A stretch of 64,000 bases of DNA from Entomortierella parvispora E1425 (taxonomy: Eukaryota > Fungi > Mortierellomycota): the NCBI GenBank assembly GCA_020891255.1, contig BQFW01000009.1, forward strand, positions 1,302,001 through 1,366,000, written 5' to 3'. The position numbers were made by a program, and so were the translations under genes. The notes below the pieces were generated by a model that saw only the letters and a program-made list of their open reading frames with translations, had not been told where the DNA came from and ran no database searches. Of the stretch, positions 60,040-64,000 are shown one piece after another. Every line of letters begins with the position of its first letter. Position 1 is the first letter of the stretch.

Positions 60040-60798
60040 AGAGGTTCCCAGGAAATCAAAGAAGTAGCTGCCACGGCCAATGTCGTCTCATGGCATAGCA
60101 CAGCACAGCGAGATCGAAAAGACGATGGAATAAAAGAACGCTTTGTCCCTGCAGATGTTGCTGTTGATAAACGAAAGTGAGATCCAACCAACAGCAGACA
60201 AGATCGCGCCTGTACCTTTGCTGCCAGAGAGGGTTTCAAAGAACAGGGCCTACAGACAATAAAGACATGATACCGGGAGACAAAAAGGAAGAATGACTGA
60301 AAGACACCACAGGGACAGAAGACACGCCCCTATTGAGAGCCAGCCGATGGAAAAGGATGAAGAGCAGCAGAGCAGGCGTTGCTCTCGTCTGTTTTCGGAT
60401 CATTTCCTCGGTGAAGTGGGCAAGACTGCCCCAAGGTGAGGAAGTAAGGTTGAGTGCATGGAGGCAAAAAAGGGCTGGGCGCAACGCAAGATGCGTATTT
60501 TTAGAGGAAGAGGAGGCTGGAGGAAGGAAGGGGAGGCGTGTGTCTCTTTTCTTCCTCTCCCACTCTCTTCCTCGCCTCACTGTCGCCTTCTTTGTCCTTT
60601 CTGCCTTCATCCCATTCACTCTTCTCCATTCCACTCCTCCATTTGCTCTTGCGTGGTAGATCCAGCCAGTCTTGACAACTCTCCGATCAAGACTCATCTT
60701 TGTCAGCTGGCGGCGTTCGTTGTCAGACCCTGACCTTCGCCCTCTCCCTTCTCGCGCTCGCCCATTGCCCATTCCACTCCTTCTCCTTTTCAACGAAA

Positions 60799-62277
60799 AT
60801 GATGACCATTCCCCCACTAGGGCGATCTCTCGTCCTCTTTATTGGATGCGCCATTCTACTACAGCTCGTCCTCTTCTTCAAAAGCCACGGCCCTTCACCC
60901 GACAGCTATGATTCCCAAGAGTTTGAAACCTCGTCTTCTTTCTCGTCAGATCCAAACAACAACCAAGATAATAGCAACAAGCATTGGGACGACCCAGGAC
61001 GGAATCGACACCCGACAGTGCCTCTCTCCTTGAAGGACCTCTTGGTACTGGACGAACTCGCCGACAAGATTGCAAAGATTGAGGCTGATAGAGTCTTTGA
61101 GGACAAGGAGGCGGGTCGGATCCATGGAACGCCTATTAGAAGCAATCCTTTTCTGGCATCAAAGATGCGGGAGCAGATCAACTGCTGGACCACCCATGGC
61201 CGTTGGGTTCGACAGGACTCAGAGTCGACAAAGACCCTCAAGCACCTAGGTGACTCTAGATTTGCGAAATGCGATAAGAACTTCATGAAGGCTTTGGACC
61301 GCGAGGGCCATGGACATTTTTTGGGCCAGTATGATCACGTCCATGAACGCCTGCTGGTACGAGAAGCCGTCAAGTACAAGTGGGTCCCTGACGAGATGAT
61401 CTGTGGACCAGGCACGGATATTGGCTTGAAGGACATCAAGGCCGAGTACCAAACCTTCACGAAACCAAGGTTTTGTGAGATTATGGATCGACGAGAGATC
61501 TTGGTGGTCGGTGACTTGACCCAGTACCAAATTCACGATGTTTTGCTGTCGGCGTTCCAGAGTAGCTTTGTCTGCTATGGTGAGCTCGGTTGTTTGCACC
61601 ATAGCTCTCACGGACTCTGCCCTGGCGTGGCTCTCAAGTATGCAAGGAATGATTTGCTGTCTGTTCCTTGGGCTGTGAACCCTGAAGAGGAAGAATTCCC
61701 CAGTGCTTCGACCGTGGAGCAGCCTTGGGCCACTCCCGAGATGCTGCTCAAGTACAAAGTCTTAATCTTGAACCGTGGACTGTTTTGGCGACCGGATGAG
61801 GTCTTTATGGGCGAAATGGTCTTCACGATGAAGCATCTCGCAAAGTATTATCCTGATCTTTTGATCCTCTACAGAGCCTCACACCCAGTAACGTCGGATT
61901 GCACCCAGCTCAAGACACAGGGAGAAGACGAAGCTATTTTCGACAAAGAAACTGGCGGCACAGTGGTCGAAGGCACCATTCTTCAAAAGCCATTGTCTGA
62001 ACCACCCAAGAGGACTGAATCCTCCTCGACTTCTGGAAAGGCGGAGTTCAGACCAACTGTGGCGGATATTCAGAGACAGAACAGGATCGCCAAGACGATT
62101 GTTGAGGCTGCGGGAGGAATCTATCTCGACACCGAAGCCATGTTTGCCATGCGACCCGACGGACGGATGGGAGAGGGCGACTGCACGCGCTTCTGTGCTC
62201 CAGGGCCATTGGATGCTTACGCTGACCTGATCTACAATACCCTGCGCATCCTTCGCGCCCCACTGCCCCAGGAATGA
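60799..62277 (+). CDS. Type II membrane SGNH/PC-esterase (TBL/Cas1-like) family protein
   Basis: N-terminal TM anchor, CWTTHGRW, YKWVPD...C, ILVVGDL, VLILNRGLFW, LILYRASHP and RPDG...DCTRFCAPGP; single exon. Confidence 0.72.
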   Translation: MMTIPPLGRSLVLFIGCAILLQLVLFFKSHGPSPDSYDSQEFETSSSFSSDPNNNQDNSNKHWDDPGRNRHPTVPLSLKDLLVLDELADKIAKIEADRVFEDKEAGRIHGTPIRSNPFLASKMREQINCWTTHGRWVRQDSESTKTLKHLGDSRFAKCDKNFMKALDREGHGHFLGQYDHVHERLLVREAVKYKWVPDEMICGPGTDIGLKDIKAEYQTFTKPRFCEIMDRREILVVGDLTQYQIHDVLLSAFQSSFVCYGELGCLHHSSHGLCPGVALKYARNDLLSVPWAVNPEEEEFPSASTVEQPWATPEMLLKYKVLILNRGLFWRPDEVFMGEMVFTMKHLAKYYPDLLILYRASHPVTSDCTQLKTQGEDEAIFDKETGGTVVEGTILQKPLSEPPKRTESSSTSGKAEFRPTVADIQRQNRIAKTIVEAAGGIYLDTEAMFAMRPDGRMGEGDCTRFCAPGPLDAYADLIYNTLRILRAPLPQE

Positions 62278-62347
62278 GGATAGTGCGAAAAAAGGAAGGA
62301 AAATGCATGTAAAAATATACAGTATAATGAATGTTGGCCCAGTGTAT

Positions 62348-62435
62348 TATGACTTTGTATGACTTGATGTTTATCTCTATGTATCTCTATCTATGACTTT
62401 GTATGACTTGATGTTTATCTCTATGTATCTCTATC
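62348..62435. repeat. 44-bp perfect tandem duplication between convergent gene ends
   Basis: TATGACTTTGTATGACTTGATGTTTATCTCTATGTATCTCTATC x2. Confidence 0.9.
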
Positions 62436-62468
62436 TTTCTCCTCTATCATCTCCTTTCAACTCAAGCT

Positions 62469-64000
62469 TCACAAGGCCATGGCAGCCTGTGCGGCTAGCC
62501 ATTTTTTGGAGTGTTTAGCATGCTCGCGCTTGAAGGTGCCTCGGAGCTCGACATAGGGCAGAAACCTGAGCTGGGGAGGGACCACATTATACCGATCACT
62601 CGCCTTCCGGATGATCCATTGAGGAGTATAGTGCAAAGCAATGCGACGCATGCAGTCACCCAAAAACCCCTACACCAAAGCAGAAGATACGTAAAAAATG
62701 TATGCCTTGTGTTAGTTCACAATCGTGCAATGGACCATCCTTTGACTATTCTTTCATATAAGGTACTCTTTTCTCCTTACCTGGGTATGCATCAGGGATC
62801 CCATTTGGCTAGAGAGGTTGACGGAGGTCCGACCGACGTCGTATCGGGTCTTGTAGTACTGCTCAAAGACCTTGGTGATACCCTGCTGAGAGGTCGATTC
62901 CATATCGTACAGCAGGTTAGTCAGCTCAAGGGCTCCTTGGATAGCGCAACAGGCACCCTGTCCTCCAAAAGGAAGCATCTTGTGGCAGGCTGTTATTAAT
63001 GATCGCAGAGATATGATTCTTTGTTAGTGCACACAACTCAACAGCAGCCGCCAGATGCAGACGCGGAAGAACAGAAGAAACGCAACAATACAGTCCTCGC
63101 TTACCATCACCGAGCAACACGGTCCGGCCGTGGTACCAGGTTTGGAAACACTAAGATACATGGAATCGATGGAGATTATTTAGCCCATTAGCCCTATATA
63201 CCCATGTATTCAAATGAAAAAAAAGAACCCACTTTACATCTCTTACCTTCTCCTCCAACATGACCTTTGTAATCCGGTCTTTGGCTGTTTCTCCAATGAT
63301 ATCACCCAGTGTGTGTTTGCCGTAAGGAGAGGGGAGATGTGCAACCTGCTTGCATAGAGTCTCCGCGGCCTCTGGTCCCCATTCCGAGTACCTAAAGTTC
63401 TTCTGCTCTCCAGTCCCGCGCTCGTCCTGCACAATCATCCATCCAATTCGGCGGCCTTCAAGCGGCATGAACCACCACTAGAATAAAACAGCCAAAAGGG
63501 AATGCGTTAAACCATCTTTTATCAACAACGGCGTAGAGTACATACACTACAAGGGGTATTCAGCAACACAGAGATAGCCCAACTTACAGCAAAAGGAATG
63601 TCCTTTCCAAGGACAATCTCAAACTCACAAAACTCCTCCAGCACGACAGGAAACTTTTCGGGATCCAATGGCTGGGTGACACCCACGACACAATCATAAT
63701 CAAACCGCATTGGCTTGGCATCCACCTTGGGCAGCTGGCCAAGCTTCTCCAATTCTTGGTACATATTTTGTCTTACACTGCTGTAAGCACCATCGGCTCC
63801 CACTAAGATGGAGCCTTTATACACTGAGTCGTCAGAACAAGTGATCTGGACGTGATCCTCGCCCTGTTTGGTTTTCAAAACTCGTTTGTTGTAATGGATC
63901 TTGCTAGGTGGAATACGGGAGAGGAGCAATTTGATCAAATCTGGCCGGGAGACGACAATAGAGTAATCGCCATAGCTGAGGGAGAGAAATGGGGACACAA
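62469..64000 (-). CDS. FAD-dependent monooxygenase (FAD_binding_3 type); 5' end beyond the window
   Basis: SRPDLIKLLL, ILVGADGAYSSVRQ, TWYHGRTVLLGDA|CHKMLPFGGQGA; GT-AG introns join in phase. Confidence 0.9.

Noticed and set aside
1-64000. tRNA, rRNA or telomere repeats
   Set aside because: None recognised by eye; a tRNAscan-SE/Infernal run would be needed to exclude them.

Overview
Intron-containing fungal genomic DNA, most likely Mortierellaceae (inferred from gene content: GT-AG introns with CTAAC branch sites, Mortierella-type F-box/LRR genes, a Crinkler-like relic, KPTN, CDK5RAP1, SNAPC3 and MscL). Most of the window is gene-dense housekeeping sequence: heme oxygenase, DOLPP1, Erf4, TBCC, RER1, PhoD-like phosphatase, Sel1/Nif1-like protein, MscL, Pho80-like cyclin, SAP30, kaptin, RNR1, SNAPC3, CDK5RAP1, LSM6, SOD2, a PC-esterase-like protein and a FAD monooxygenase. 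The main accessory feature is a complete 7.6-kb AcademH-like DNA transposon (14888-22486). It has ~1.02-kb near-identical terminal inverted repeats, a perfect 9-bp target-site duplication, and convergent RecQ-like helicase and DUF6589/Academ-type transposase genes, and it sits inside a decaying F-box array. The most unusual observation is that each TIR carries a phase-consistent four-exon coding leader that splices inward, so the helicase and the transposase are predicted to share the same upstream region and an essentially identical S/T-P-rich N-terminus. Other findings are a 3-nt micro-exon in RNR1, an MscL with 11-mer repeats and a zinc ribbon, a candidate Rpa14-like small protein, a PC-esterase lacking its catalytic residues, a Crinkler pseudogene and an unidentified intron-dense gene. 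All family assignments come from motif recognition by eye; no database searches were run.
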